A stretch of DNA of 64,000 bases from Sphingobacteriales bacterium (GTDB lineage Bacteria > Bacteroidota > Bacteroidia > Sphingobacteriales > Sphingobacteriaceae), in NCBI GenBank assembly GCA_043763845.1, contig JAYULE010000185.1, positions 10,853 through 74,852 of the forward strand, in the 5' to 3' direction. Positions 35,634 through 46,348 of the stretch are shown piece after piece. A model generated the notes under the pieces. It searched no databases. It was not told the DNA's origin and saw only the letters and a program-made list of their open reading frames with translations. Made by a program: the position numbers and the translations under genes. Position 1 is the first letter of the stretch, and the number at the start of each line of letters is the position of its first letter.

Positions 35634-38600
35634 ATGCCTACCATAACCCCTTCTCACTCTTTTTGTGCCGATTATAGCTCAATGTCGGCTTGTTTATTTG
35701 CTATACAAGCGCAACAGGCTAGCGGTGCATTTAATGCCTACCCCGAGTTAATACAATTGTTAAACACCTTAGAGTTAGATTTGGTAAACGATTTGTTTAA
35801 CCGCACTTTGGTAGTATATGGCATTATTAACGGCAACATAACGGTAACCGTAAACGAAATTAAAGGCGATTTTAGCCATATAGATTTCTCAAGAATAGAT
35901 TATAAAGTAGGCTACATCAATACCACAAACACCAGTTACAGCTCGCAATTTAAAACCGTAACCAATATATTTTTTGATTTTTGTAGCCGTCAGGGTGAAA
36001 TAAGCGAAGAAAATAAGTTATATATTGAGTACGCTTTATTACCCGTATTAGATGCGTTAGAGGAGTTAATACTATATTTATCAGCACTTAAATTAAATCA
36101 ATGTATCGAACCCGAAAATGCAACTTTTGGCAATTCGCCCGATTTGTATTTGCAAACCGCAGGTAGCGATGGTATGGATGGTACCCTTGCAGGCATACAC
36201 CTACGCTGGGGTTTAACTGGCGTACTTCAAGATCATTTTCCTAAAGGTAGCTTAGCCTCTGGTACGGTAGGTTTTAACCAAGCCAACGATTTTATATTTA
36301 TATCTCGTACACCTTATACCAATCCCATAAGCATTACCCTCGATTTCGAAACCACAACGCCAATTATTTGCTTTGCAAAACCTATATTTACTTTACCAAA
36401 AAGTCTATTTTGGGCCAGTATTTTTAATATAAAAAACTTCCCTCACTACTACGATAACAATTGGACATATTTACTCAACTACTCCATCAATAACAAAAAA
36501 GTAAGTAGTAGAGTACGCTTAATTTTTACCGATAAAGCTTTGTACAATAGCTTAGCAAAAACAATAAATCCTACAGAGCAACACTACAATTTTTTGAAAG
36601 CCTATACAGGTATAATTGAAATGTATGTAAGCAATGCCGCTTTTAATATAGATTTCGATTTCCGTAAAACAGCAGGTGCCGCTAATGCCACTTTAAAAAT
36701 ACAGGTAATTAACCAAATAGGTAATGGCGAAGAAACAGAAGAAATAATTGCCATACAAAAAAACATAACTATTACTAGCGGTAATGCCACCACTGCCCAA
36801 ATTGAGGGCGAAAACATCCAAAAAATAAGACTTAAAAAAACCGAGGGGTCTGTACTAAAAGCCATTACCCTACAAACCTATAACGATTTTTATATCAGTC
36901 GCCAAGCTGCCGATTGGCAAGCCATAGAAAGCGGATTTGCTTTATCATTAGATCAAACAACAGTATACAACCGCTTAGAAAAAACTACCCAAGCTATCAA
37001 TAACGCTTGGCCACAATTTAACCAAGGCGCAAAAGTTAATATCCAAAATTATAGAGATAAGTGGGACAAAGCCACAGATACGGAAGAAAACGACCCGCCT
37101 ATGAGTGAAGCCGTTAGCAAATTTATTGCGCTTAGCAATACTAGCCGCCAAGCTTTAGAACATATTGATGCAGCAAATAATGCCAGTACCGACGAAAAAT
37201 TACCCGCTTTAAATTATGCCAACATTTTAAACCTATTTACACTCGATTTTCACATTGCCCGTATGTTTGGTGTAGGCTATATTGATGAGTTGAGCAATGT
37301 GGCTATCAACAATAAGTATATATATAAAATAAGCTACCAAAACCGCACAAGTTTAGCGAGTGCCCAACAAATAACCCGAGAATATTTAAGCCTGCCTACC
37401 GCCAAAACCGATAGCCGTTTACCTGCCAAAGCCAATATTGGCCCAATATCTTACGATTTTCCATTGGATAATGATTTATCACAATCACTATTCGATGGTA
37501 ACGGTTATTCATCACTTTCAGATGTGCGTGTGGTAAACATTACCCGCCAGCCTTTTGCTTTTGAAGCAACCGAAAATAATTATTTTAATAATTTGGCTGT
37601 GGCCGAAAACTTTAATCAGTTTCAACAAAGTATTCCTGTAATGTATGGTATAGAATACAGGGCAACCAACCAACCAAATTATGTAAAACCCGAAATAACA
37701 GGTAGCAAACGTACAGGCAAGAAATATTTCGCCAACCCCGAAGGCACTTTTTTAGAAACCGTACCCGTATTAGATAACGCCACAAGCTTATACATACATT
37801 TTGAAAGTGAAGCAGGCATACACCATTATGCCATTTATAGTATCAATTTATTTTCTCGCACATCCACCTTAAGCGATGAAGTAAGTACCGATGCTACCGT
37901 TTTTAAACCTCGCAATACCTTACAAGCCCCTACCAATATTGGGGTGCAATACATACAAAAAGAAAATACTCTTTTATTTACCACCAAAAAAGAACAAGAA
38001 TGGTTAACAAGGCGTAAAGAGACTTTCCCAAATGTTAATGTATGCTTTACAAGGGTAACTTTTAACTGGTTAGATATTGTAGATGTATCGCACATACAAG
38101 ATATAGACATTATAGACATCAATAACCTAGATTTAAGCAAAGTTGTTAAAGGCAGCAAAATTAATTTTTGGTTTAAGCCTCAGCCACCCCTACAAATTAG
38201 CGGTATTATTAGCAATGTAAGTCCAGTTGCCAATCAAGCCAATAAAGCAATCATAAACGTAGCAGGTTATACATTAATTAATGGTAAACCAGTAGAACCC
38301 AACGTAACCAGCTTTAGCCATTTTATAGGCAGTTTGTTGAGCACCGAAGATGGGCAATTTGCCATTACCCAAATAACCAGTACCAATGGCAAATTAAACA
38401 TTACCATTGATAAAATTTTTCAATCGCAAAATATCAAAAACGAGGCCCAAACTGATGTTGATAATTTCGGCATCCGCGAATACTACATTTCCCCAAAAAC
38501 AGGCTCACGCTTTACCATTATAGAAAACTTAGGCAGCACCAATAACTATAACAGTGTGCCGGCAAGCGTTAATTTGGTAAACACCAGCCTATCAACAACC

Positions 38601-40643
38601 CTTATAACAGAAAAAGTAAAGTTAGAAGAAACCACCACCCATTTATTAATAGGTGGCATTACTGCCAATGCCTTAATTACCCAAAAACTAGATAGCCAAA
38701 ACCAAGCCATAACAGGTTGTTATACCGTGGCTTTTGCACCTGATATTGCATTAGCACCGCATCCGCAAACCAATATACCTTTTAATCCAGCCAACCCCAC
38801 AGCAAATAACCCTAATACATTACAGCCAGCACATGTAGAGTGGTACAAAGGTTTGATAAGAGTACCTATTACTAATCCTGATAATAGCAAAACCGAAATA
38901 AAATTAATGGATGTTTTATTAATTGAACAACTAAACCCATTAAAACTAACCGTTTATTCTCCAACCACTTACATGGTAGGTCTCAACACAGTTAACGAGA
39001 TAAAAAATTCAACTACCGATGTTATCCCCGTAAACTTTCATCCTGGTTATAGGGCATATCTTTTCCCTGCAACAATTACACCACCTGTTGGAGTCCTAAC
39101 CTTTAATACAACAAATATAGAACCTGATGATAGCCAAACCGACCGTAAAACCATATTGGCTTTACAAACAAGCGATGTAGTAGATGGCATTAGCTTAAGT
39201 TCAGTTTTATCGGCTCCAGTTGTTCAATTGGCCCGTAACATTGTTGAACCTGTTGAATTAGAAGCACCCATACCTTTAAACCTAAAAGTACGGCCTAATG
39301 CCATTGGCAAAGCCACCTTTACCTTCGATATAAAACTAAAATACAAAAACGGGGCACCTCGCAAACCTTTTGGTTTTATGTTTTACAGGTTATCAAGTGC
39401 CGATGTTTTAGAGGCTTTATACAAGCCCGATACTATTAATACTATTTTAGAAAGATTGAACAAATTAACACTTGATGTCAATTTTAATCAACGCTATTTC
39501 GAATTGATAAATTTGAAATTTGATCAGCAAAACCCCACAAAATTTAAAGTGTTTGATGCCCTACCAAACCCCTATGGTTTTCCCCTGCCCGATGCTTTAG
39601 GCTTAATGAATGCTGCCGATACACAGGATACTAAAGTAGAAAAATACAAAGCAGCCATACGTAAAAATCTATTGCCCCTAACGGAGCAACCACCTATTTA
39701 TGCTTTTATTAAAGAAGGTACACAAACAGATAATAAAACTCCGACTATCAAAAACAAAGATGGCTATTTGTTAAATGCTAGCGACACTAAGTTCGATCCT
39801 TTCCCGATGGTGAAAATATTGCCTGCTAGCCCTTTTCCAAACACCACAGTTGTAAGAGTAAGCGATTATAATTTAAAAGCAGCATCGCGTTTTTATTATT
39901 TTTATGCTGCTGCGGAAATAACAAATCAATTGGATATCGGGCCTTTAAGTCCATTTACTGGTCCTGTTACTATTTTACACACCACACACGATGAAGCTCC
40001 CATTATAAATTCGTTTAGCATTAACCAGCAAATTGGTTTAGGCGGAAGTCCACTTGCAGTAACTTTTCAACTCTCGCCATTATTGGCCGATAACCGTAAC
40101 CGTAAAATACGCCTGTACAGAACTACAGATGTAGAAAAAACGACCTCTCTGTACACAATGGATAGCTTTGTAGATATTGATTTTACACCAAACCCCGATA
40201 CCAAAAGCATAGATATAACCGATACCTTTGAAGATTTAACCACTTTGCCTTTAGGCGAAACCCTGTATTACCGCTTAGCTGCTATACGCATTATTGTAAA
40301 CGAAAAACAGGCATTAGAAGAAGTGGTATCTCAAGGATCAACAGTAATTGCATTAAATTTAATTGACACCTATAACCCAGAAGCACCACAAATAACCTAT
40401 TCCGCTAGCGACAATAAATTAACATGGCCAACCACCGTAAATAAGGGCAAATATTTCTTATACAAACAAAACGACCGTGGCAACTGGGAAAAACTACCTA
40501 ATACTTTGCCTAATCAATACCAAATAACGCCGCCCTTGGTTTTAACCGATGAAGATGGCGATCGAATTTATCATCGCTTTAAAGTAAAAGTAGAAAACTC
40601 GTCGGGTTTATTAAATCTAACCGTGAACGAAATAACCATTTAA
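35634..40643 (+). CDS. Giant protein (1669 aa), unknown family, with an Fn3-like C-terminal module
   Basis: Uninterrupted 5-kb ORF with no signal peptide and no T9SS CTD. The C-terminal PEAPQITYSASDNKLTWPTTVNKGKYFLYKQNDRGNWEKL looks Fn3-like. Confidence 0.75.
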   Translation: MPTITPSHSFCADYSSMSACLFAIQAQQASGAFNAYPELIQLLNTLELDLVNDLFNRTLVVYGIINGNITVTVNEIKGDFSHIDFSRIDYKVGYINTTNTSYSSQFKTVTNIFFDFCSRQGEISEENKLYIEYALLPVLDALEELILYLSALKLNQCIEPENATFGNSPDLYLQTAGSDGMDGTLAGIHLRWGLTGVLQDHFPKGSLASGTVGFNQANDFIFISRTPYTNPISITLDFETTTPIICFAKPIFTLPKSLFWASIFNIKNFPHYYDNNWTYLLNYSINNKKVSSRVRLIFTDKALYNSLAKTINPTEQHYNFLKAYTGIIEMYVSNAAFNIDFDFRKTAGAANATLKIQVINQIGNGEETEEIIAIQKNITITSGNATTAQIEGENIQKIRLKKTEGSVLKAITLQTYNDFYISRQAADWQAIESGFALSLDQTTVYNRLEKTTQAINNAWPQFNQGAKVNIQNYRDKWDKATDTEENDPPMSEAVSKFIALSNTSRQALEHIDAANNASTDEKLPALNYANILNLFTLDFHIARMFGVGYIDELSNVAINNKYIYKISYQNRTSLASAQQITREYLSLPTAKTDSRLPAKANIGPISYDFPLDNDLSQSLFDGNGYSSLSDVRVVNITRQPFAFEATENNYFNNLAVAENFNQFQQSIPVMYGIEYRATNQPNYVKPEITGSKRTGKKYFANPEGTFLETVPVLDNATSLYIHFESEAGIHHYAIYSINLFSRTSTLSDEVSTDATVFKPRNTLQAPTNIGVQYIQKENTLLFTTKKEQEWLTRRKETFPNVNVCFTRVTFNWLDIVDVSHIQDIDIIDINNLDLSKVVKGSKINFWFKPQPPLQISGIISNVSPVANQANKAIINVAGYTLINGKPVEPNVTSFSHFIGSLLSTEDGQFAITQITSTNGKLNITIDKIFQSQNIKNEAQTDVDNFGIREYYISPKTGSRFTIIENLGSTNNYNSVPASVNLVNTSLSTTLITEKVKLEETTTHLLIGGITANALITQKLDSQNQAITGCYTVAFAPDIALAPHPQTNIPFNPANPTANNPNTLQPAHVEWYKGLIRVPITNPDNSKTEIKLMDVLLIEQLNPLKLTVYSPTTYMVGLNTVNEIKNSTTDVIPVNFHPGYRAYLFPATITPPVGVLTFNTTNIEPDDSQTDRKTILALQTSDVVDGISLSSVLSAPVVQLARNIVEPVELEAPIPLNLKVRPNAIGKATFTFDIKLKYKNGAPRKPFGFMFYRLSSADVLEALYKPDTINTILERLNKLTLDVNFNQRYFELINLKFDQQNPTKFKVFDALPNPYGFPLPDALGLMNAADTQDTKVEKYKAAIRKNLLPLTEQPPIYAFIKEGTQTDNKTPTIKNKDGYLLNASDTKFDPFPMVKILPASPFPNTTVVRVSDYNLKAASRFYYFYAAAEITNQLDIGPLSPFTGPVTILHTTHDEAPIINSFSINQQIGLGGSPLAVTFQLSPLLADNRNRKIRLYRTTDVEKTTSLYTMDSFVDIDFTPNPDTKSIDITDTFEDLTTLPLGETLYYRLAAIRIIVNEKQALEEVVSQGSTVIALNLIDTYNPEAPQITYSASDNKLTWPTTVNKGKYFLYKQNDRGNWEKLPNTLPNQYQITPPLVLTDEDGDRIYHRFKVKVENSSGLLNLTVNEITI

Positions 40644-41074
40644 AAACAATTCAATGTCAAAAACTATGAAATAAAATTAAATATTATACCCATTAAACAG
40701 GTCTACGATTGGGGACGGCCTTGCCGTTGTTTGGAGCGGGATGCCAATAAATTTTTTAATAGAAACTAAGTTAAAGCACAATTCAAGCAAGTCGCAGCGT
40801 GTTGCACAATTGTTGTTAAAGCACTAACTTAGTTAACACTCCTTGAATTGCGCCGTTAAAAATTAATTGAGCATACCCGATAAAACAACAGCAAGCCTTG
40901 ATTTTTTGTTACTTTTTCATCAAGGAAAAAGTAATTAAAAAAAAAGCCTTTAAAAAAATATTTAGTTAAAGATGAAATATTACCCACACAAAAAGACGAA
41001 GAACCTAAAAATCAAATCACTCAAAATAACGAATCACAAAAAAACATATAATAAACCATTTAAGACCCCCACTT

Positions 41075-43165
41075 ATGACCATAGAAGACTTAAAAATTGA
41101 AATTAACCGTGTACTACAAAGCCCAATCGAGACACCTTTAACAGGTACCCAGCTAGCCACTCTTTTAAAAACCATGGCAGACGAACTCGACGAAGTATCA
41201 GAATTTTCTACCTTAACTGCTTTGCCTAATCCAGGTAAAACGGGTAAAATATATGTAACCTTAGATACAAATTTTACCTACCGCTGGGGCGGGAGTTCGT
41301 ACATAAAAATTAATGATATAGATATAAGCACCAAAGCCGATTTGATTGCAGGTAAGGTGCCAGCAAGCCAATTGCCAAGCTATCTTGATGATGTTTTAGA
41401 AGTCGCAAACCTTGTGTCATTACCCGTAATAGGCGAAAGCGGTAAAATATACGTAACCATTGACACCAATTTACAGTACAGGTGGAGCGGTAGCACTTAC
41501 ATTGCGATTGGGGGTGGTATAGGAACATACCTTACAAAAACACAAGCAAATTTAATAGATGTAGGTGGGGATAATTGGTACTTACCTTGGTTAGATAATA
41601 CTAATCAACCTATTGCTGATGTAGAAATACGGCCTTTAATTGTAGAGGTTAACGGTATAGTAATGCCTATTAACCAATTAGACAGAAGCTTTACGCCACC
41701 AAGATTATATGGTAATTTTCAGAGTAATTTAGAGTTACAAACTATTAAGGTATTAATTAGCAAGAATATAACTACCAGCGTACCAACGGTTTTATGGGAA
41801 AATATACTAGGCAACCCTAAAGATAATTTACCATTGCAAGCTAAGTTTGATGCTTTAGATGGAGGTTTATCATTTTATTTTGAAAAGACCAAAGCTGAAA
41901 TAGATACTTTAATATCAACTAACGCCTTAGTAATAGGAGCATTATATAAAATAAGTGGTGTACATCCAGATTTATATAATGATGGTACTAATTCAGGAAC
42001 TACAATTTATCTAATTGCTTTAACCGTTAATAAATTAAGTAGTGAAGGATATGGAGAATTTTATAATCCTCGTTATTTTCCTGATAATAATGGATACATT
42101 TGGTCTAATAAATCAAGTTATAATATTTCCAGTATTGTTGGGACTTTTATTGAAAATGAAACTATTACAACTGAAATGGGAGATACTGGAGTATTATTTA
42201 AAATCGCTCAATCCGGATTATTTGATTTAACATCAAGTGGTTGGAATAGTGACTCAAATTATTTTACTGGAGATATAAGTGGAGCAAGAGTTAATATTTA
42301 TAGACCAAATAATGGTATTTTTCAAAGTCCTAATGGACCTGCTATAATGTATGGTCGACCACAAATTTATCCTATAATATATCACTCCACCACAACTTTA
42401 AATTCATCAGTTATTTGGGGTGGATATTACTGGCAAAATACTGGTGGTACTATTGGTTCAAGTTTAGATGTTTTAACTTTATCTCCTGATAATTGGATAA
42501 AAATACCTTATAGTAATAATGCTTATAATAAAGTAATTGATGTAATTGAATACGATATTCAATATAATATAATAACAAGAAGAAAAGATAATTTAGGTAA
42601 TGATATTATTTGTAATTATAAGGATATAGTAAATTTTGGTTACAATACAATTAATCGATTTCAGTTTGGGAATAGAAGTTTTTATAATAACAAAGTATAT
42701 AATTCAGAATTAGAATGTATAAATGTTGGTAATATACTAACTCAAAATACTAGTTATAAACTATCTATACATTCAAATACATTAATGAGTGGTAGTAGTA
42801 TTCGTTCAAATTATTTAGTTAGTCCAACACTTAATTTAACTAATTATTTTTTAGTTGAGGGTAGTAGTATTAATTCAAATTATTTAACTAATGGAAGTAG
42901 TATTAATTCAAATACATTAGTCAGTTCTTCTATTAAGTCTAATTACTTAACTAATGGTGCTCAAATAAGTAATATTGCTATTAGTGAGAAATTGTTACAA
43001 AATAATAATATTTCATCAGTAAATATATCAAACATACTTAATACTGGTACATTACTACTCAATCCAAACATTACTAAAACATTCTTCAGAAGACCTGATG
43101 GAATTGTTAAGATAAGCTACTATAATAATTCAGACCAATTAATAATTGCCAACTTAAACGATTAA
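41075..43165 (+). CDS. Phage-tail-fibre-like protein (696 aa)
   Basis: Duplicated module LPNPGKTGKIYVTLDTNFTYRWGGSSYIKI / LPVIGESGKIYVTIDTNLQYRWSGSTYIAI, a motif I associate with phage tail-fibre N-termini. The C-terminus has short Ser/Asn repeats (SSINSNYLTNGSSINSNTL...). No signal peptide. Confidence 0.65.
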   Translation: MTIEDLKIEINRVLQSPIETPLTGTQLATLLKTMADELDEVSEFSTLTALPNPGKTGKIYVTLDTNFTYRWGGSSYIKINDIDISTKADLIAGKVPASQLPSYLDDVLEVANLVSLPVIGESGKIYVTIDTNLQYRWSGSTYIAIGGGIGTYLTKTQANLIDVGGDNWYLPWLDNTNQPIADVEIRPLIVEVNGIVMPINQLDRSFTPPRLYGNFQSNLELQTIKVLISKNITTSVPTVLWENILGNPKDNLPLQAKFDALDGGLSFYFEKTKAEIDTLISTNALVIGALYKISGVHPDLYNDGTNSGTTIYLIALTVNKLSSEGYGEFYNPRYFPDNNGYIWSNKSSYNISSIVGTFIENETITTEMGDTGVLFKIAQSGLFDLTSSGWNSDSNYFTGDISGARVNIYRPNNGIFQSPNGPAIMYGRPQIYPIIYHSTTTLNSSVIWGGYYWQNTGGTIGSSLDVLTLSPDNWIKIPYSNNAYNKVIDVIEYDIQYNIITRRKDNLGNDIICNYKDIVNFGYNTINRFQFGNRSFYNNKVYNSELECINVGNILTQNTSYKLSIHSNTLMSGSSIRSNYLVSPTLNLTNYFLVEGSSINSNYLTNGSSINSNTLVSSSIKSNYLTNGAQISNIAISEKLLQNNNISSVNISNILNTGTLLLNPNITKTFFRRPDGIVKISYYNNSDQLIIANLND

Positions 43166-43276
43166 AACAAACAAACATTACGAAAAAACAACTTTTAACA
43201 ACCCTAACTTTAACTTCAATATCTTTACATCTTTTGTTTAAGTGAAAAAATTAACTAAAAACTAAATATAAATATC

Positions 43277-46135
43277 ATGTGGAAAAATTTAAATAGCATC
43301 ATACAACAATTAGGCACTGCACTTAGAATAAGTGTTGGTAAAGACACACCTATAAACATTTACTCGAAGGAGCAGGTAGACGACCTCATTACTACTGGTT
43401 CAACTGATATATCTGAACAACTTGAACTTAAAGTAGATAAAGTTACTAACAAAAATTTAATCTTAGATTCTGATATAACCAAACTTGCTGGCATAGAAGC
43501 AGGTGCAGAGGTAAATATAAATGCAGATTGGAATGCCACAAGTGGAGATGCTCAAATATTAAATAAACCAATCATACCTTCAATAGTTGGTTTAGCTACA
43601 AATTCTTATGTGGATACTAAACTTGGTTCGTATGTTAGTAAAACATTACCTGATACTATTACCGCATTAAAAACACTTACTAATGGCATTGATGTTAGTT
43701 CAGCTAATGGAAATATTTTAAATGTAAATACACAGGGAGTTTATATAGGTAATGTACCTTTTACTCCTCTTTCAGCAAGTTTTAGTACCTTATCTAGGAC
43801 GTTAAAATCAGCTACTAACCCAACAATCCCTTTAGATAGGGGGTTTGTTAACCAACAAAATATAACACTAAACAGTTCGGCTACTATTTTTCCAGCTATT
43901 GATTGTGGGTTTAATGCTACAGCTGTTATAAATAGTTCAAATTTAGGAGGGCCTACGGGTACATCAACTATTATAGGTCTACGCAATTCAGTATCTTTGT
44001 CACAAGAATCAGTACCTTATACCAATGCAATATTTGGTAGTGTATCTCTAGCAGCTAATAGTTCTGGTAATTCACAAAATTGGACAAATGCTAACATTGC
44101 TAGAGGAGGGCTTATTGCTCATTTAGCAAACTTTAGGACATTTGGCACAACTTCAACTGGTACAATAAGTAACGCTACAGGTGTTGCATCTGTATTAACT
44201 CTTACAGCACCATTGATTACTATCACAAACGCTCAAAATTATGCATCGTTAAACCCAGAGAATACATCTACATTTTCTTTAATTAATATGCGAGGTTATG
44301 TTGGAGAGGAAATAACAAAAGGTACTAATAACACAAATTTATTATTAGGTACTGGTACAAGTCCTACAGGCAATTGGAATATATTTTCTAGTTCGTCGTA
44401 CCCAAATAATTTAGGTAATGCTAATACAAGAGTGGGTAGTTTAACTATATCAAATACCCCTAACGTTTCTAGTTCTGCTAATAAAGTTTTAGTAAGAAAT
44501 GATGCTACAGGCTTAATTGAAACTACTACAGGTAACAGCACAGATGCCAATTTAAGAGATAGGTCAACCCATACTGGTATACAAGCTATAAACACAATTA
44601 CGGATTTACAAACTAGCTTAGATGCTAAAGAAAGTATTTCCAATAAAGGTATAGCTAACGGCTATGTAGGATTAAACAACAACGTAAAAATAGACACCGC
44701 TTATTTTCCTGATAGTATATTAGGAAACTTAAAATACGGAGGTAGTTATAATGGTTCAATAATAAGTGCATCTGCTGATTTTACAGCTTTAAACGGATTA
44801 AACTTACCCACAACTGGGTATGCAGGTGTCTACTTTATTACAACTACATCTTTTACAAGAGCAGGTACAAACTATGATGTTGGTGATTGGGCAATTCATA
44901 ACGGCGCAAACAACTATGTAAAAGTTGATAATACGGATGCTGTTACTAGCATACACGGCAGGTTGGGCAACGTGGTAGCTGTTACTGGTGATTACAATAC
45001 AGGGCAGATTACAGAGGTAACAAACAAAAAATTTGCTACAGATGCACAACTTGTACAGATAGCTACTAATACATCTGAAATAGCTACAAAAGAACCTATC
45101 ATAAATATATTACCTATCTTAAAGGGTGGTACAGGTTCATCAACAAAAAACTTTGTTGATTTAACTACAAACCAACCAACAATAGGAGGGATTAAAGGAT
45201 TTACATCTCCTATGACTACAAATAAGATTTCTGCTAGTGCTAATCTTACAGCTTCTGGTGATATAGTATCAATAGCTGGAGATTTAGGATCATTTATTAA
45301 CGATACACAAACTGGATTATCGATAATACCTACCGTATCTAATAGTGGTGAGTCAACTAATTCAAACATGTTATTTGTTTCTCCAACTTATAATCCATCA
45401 GTTGGTAGTGGCGGATTACATTATCTGCTTAATATAGGTAAACAAATAACTGGGGCACATAAAGAATATTTTACTATAAATGATCTGGGGTTTGCTAATT
45501 TTAATAAAAACTTAACTATTGGTAATATTGAAGAAAATCAAACAACATTATCACTTACTGGTGGGATTAATGGAGGATCGTTATTAAGATTAAATAGGTT
45601 CAGTAATGGTATCAGTAATGCATATTCATTTTCATTGCCATCAGCAGGATTAAGATTATCAGATGCTAGTAACAATAGTGTTGCAACATTTTCAAGTACA
45701 GTGCCTGGAGCATTTAATAGTTTATATCTAGGAGAACCTAATAAAACAACAAGTGATGCTAGACCTTCAGTACTATCAGCTACTACTTTTACGAATGCTG
45801 CCGGAGCAAACGTGGCAGGTCAAGCTTTATATTTGCAAGGAGGATTAGGTGTGGGAACATCAGTACCAGGTGATGTTATAGTTTATACAGGTAATTCCGC
45901 AGCTACAACAGTTTTACATACAACAACACCAAGATTAACGATTAAAGGTGGTACGGGTGCTGCCACTTTTACTAATACGGTAACTTCTACACAATTCAGA
46001 CTATCCGCTTTAAACATTGCTCCTGCTAGTGCTACTGCAACAGGTACTTTGGGTGAGATAAGAGTTGTAACAGGGTTTATATATGTTTGTATAGCAACTA
46101 ATACTTGGGTTCGTACAGCTTTAACAACTTGGTAG
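43277..46135 (+). CDS. Phage-tail-fibre-like protein (952 aa)
   Basis: ITKLAGIEAGAEVNINADWNATSGDAQILNKP is a common motif near the N-terminus of phage tail-fibre proteins. A long Ser/Thr/Asn/Gly-rich shaft follows. The C-terminus is GEIRVVTGFIYVCIATNTWVRTALTTW. No signal peptide. Confidence 0.7.
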   Translation: MWKNLNSIIQQLGTALRISVGKDTPINIYSKEQVDDLITTGSTDISEQLELKVDKVTNKNLILDSDITKLAGIEAGAEVNINADWNATSGDAQILNKPIIPSIVGLATNSYVDTKLGSYVSKTLPDTITALKTLTNGIDVSSANGNILNVNTQGVYIGNVPFTPLSASFSTLSRTLKSATNPTIPLDRGFVNQQNITLNSSATIFPAIDCGFNATAVINSSNLGGPTGTSTIIGLRNSVSLSQESVPYTNAIFGSVSLAANSSGNSQNWTNANIARGGLIAHLANFRTFGTTSTGTISNATGVASVLTLTAPLITITNAQNYASLNPENTSTFSLINMRGYVGEEITKGTNNTNLLLGTGTSPTGNWNIFSSSSYPNNLGNANTRVGSLTISNTPNVSSSANKVLVRNDATGLIETTTGNSTDANLRDRSTHTGIQAINTITDLQTSLDAKESISNKGIANGYVGLNNNVKIDTAYFPDSILGNLKYGGSYNGSIISASADFTALNGLNLPTTGYAGVYFITTTSFTRAGTNYDVGDWAIHNGANNYVKVDNTDAVTSIHGRLGNVVAVTGDYNTGQITEVTNKKFATDAQLVQIATNTSEIATKEPIINILPILKGGTGSSTKNFVDLTTNQPTIGGIKGFTSPMTTNKISASANLTASGDIVSIAGDLGSFINDTQTGLSIIPTVSNSGESTNSNMLFVSPTYNPSVGSGGLHYLLNIGKQITGAHKEYFTINDLGFANFNKNLTIGNIEENQTTLSLTGGINGGSLLRLNRFSNGISNAYSFSLPSAGLRLSDASNNSVATFSSTVPGAFNSLYLGEPNKTTSDARPSVLSATTFTNAAGANVAGQALYLQGGLGVGTSVPGDVIVYTGNSAATTVLHTTTPRLTIKGGTGAATFTNTVTSTQFRLSALNIAPASATATGTLGEIRVVTGFIYVCIATNTWVRTALTTW

Positions 46136-46210
46136 AATATTCTTTAGTAATCCCCATTTTGGGGTAGGGTAACAAATTTTGCTCGTTGCCATTGAGCCTA
46201 GTATTCATAC

Positions 46211-46234
46211 ATCCCCCTTTGGGGGCTAGGGGGT
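46211..46234 (+). repeat. C5/G5 hairpin element
   Basis: ATCCCCCTTTGGGGGCTAGGGGGT. A degenerate copy lies at 46150-46170 (ATCCCCATTTTGGGGTAGGGT). Confidence 0.75.
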
Positions 46235-46348
46235 AATTCGATGGCTCGAGGCATAATAAAAAATATTTTTTTAACCCTTACAATAAATCTCAACTTTAAA
46301 AGTTAATATCATTGATAAAAATATCCTAACCCTCTAAAAATTAAAACT

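Noticed and set aside
40802-40830. TTGCAC-N17-TAACTT as a fourth copy of the locus promoter, ahead of the fibre genes
   Set aside because: The hexamers are weaker and the TACATTTA extension is absent. The palindromic operator is missing at the expected 44-45 nt distance; only TTGTTTGGA occurs, displaced by 11 nt. It would also leave a ~240-nt leader. It may be chance in AT-rich DNA.
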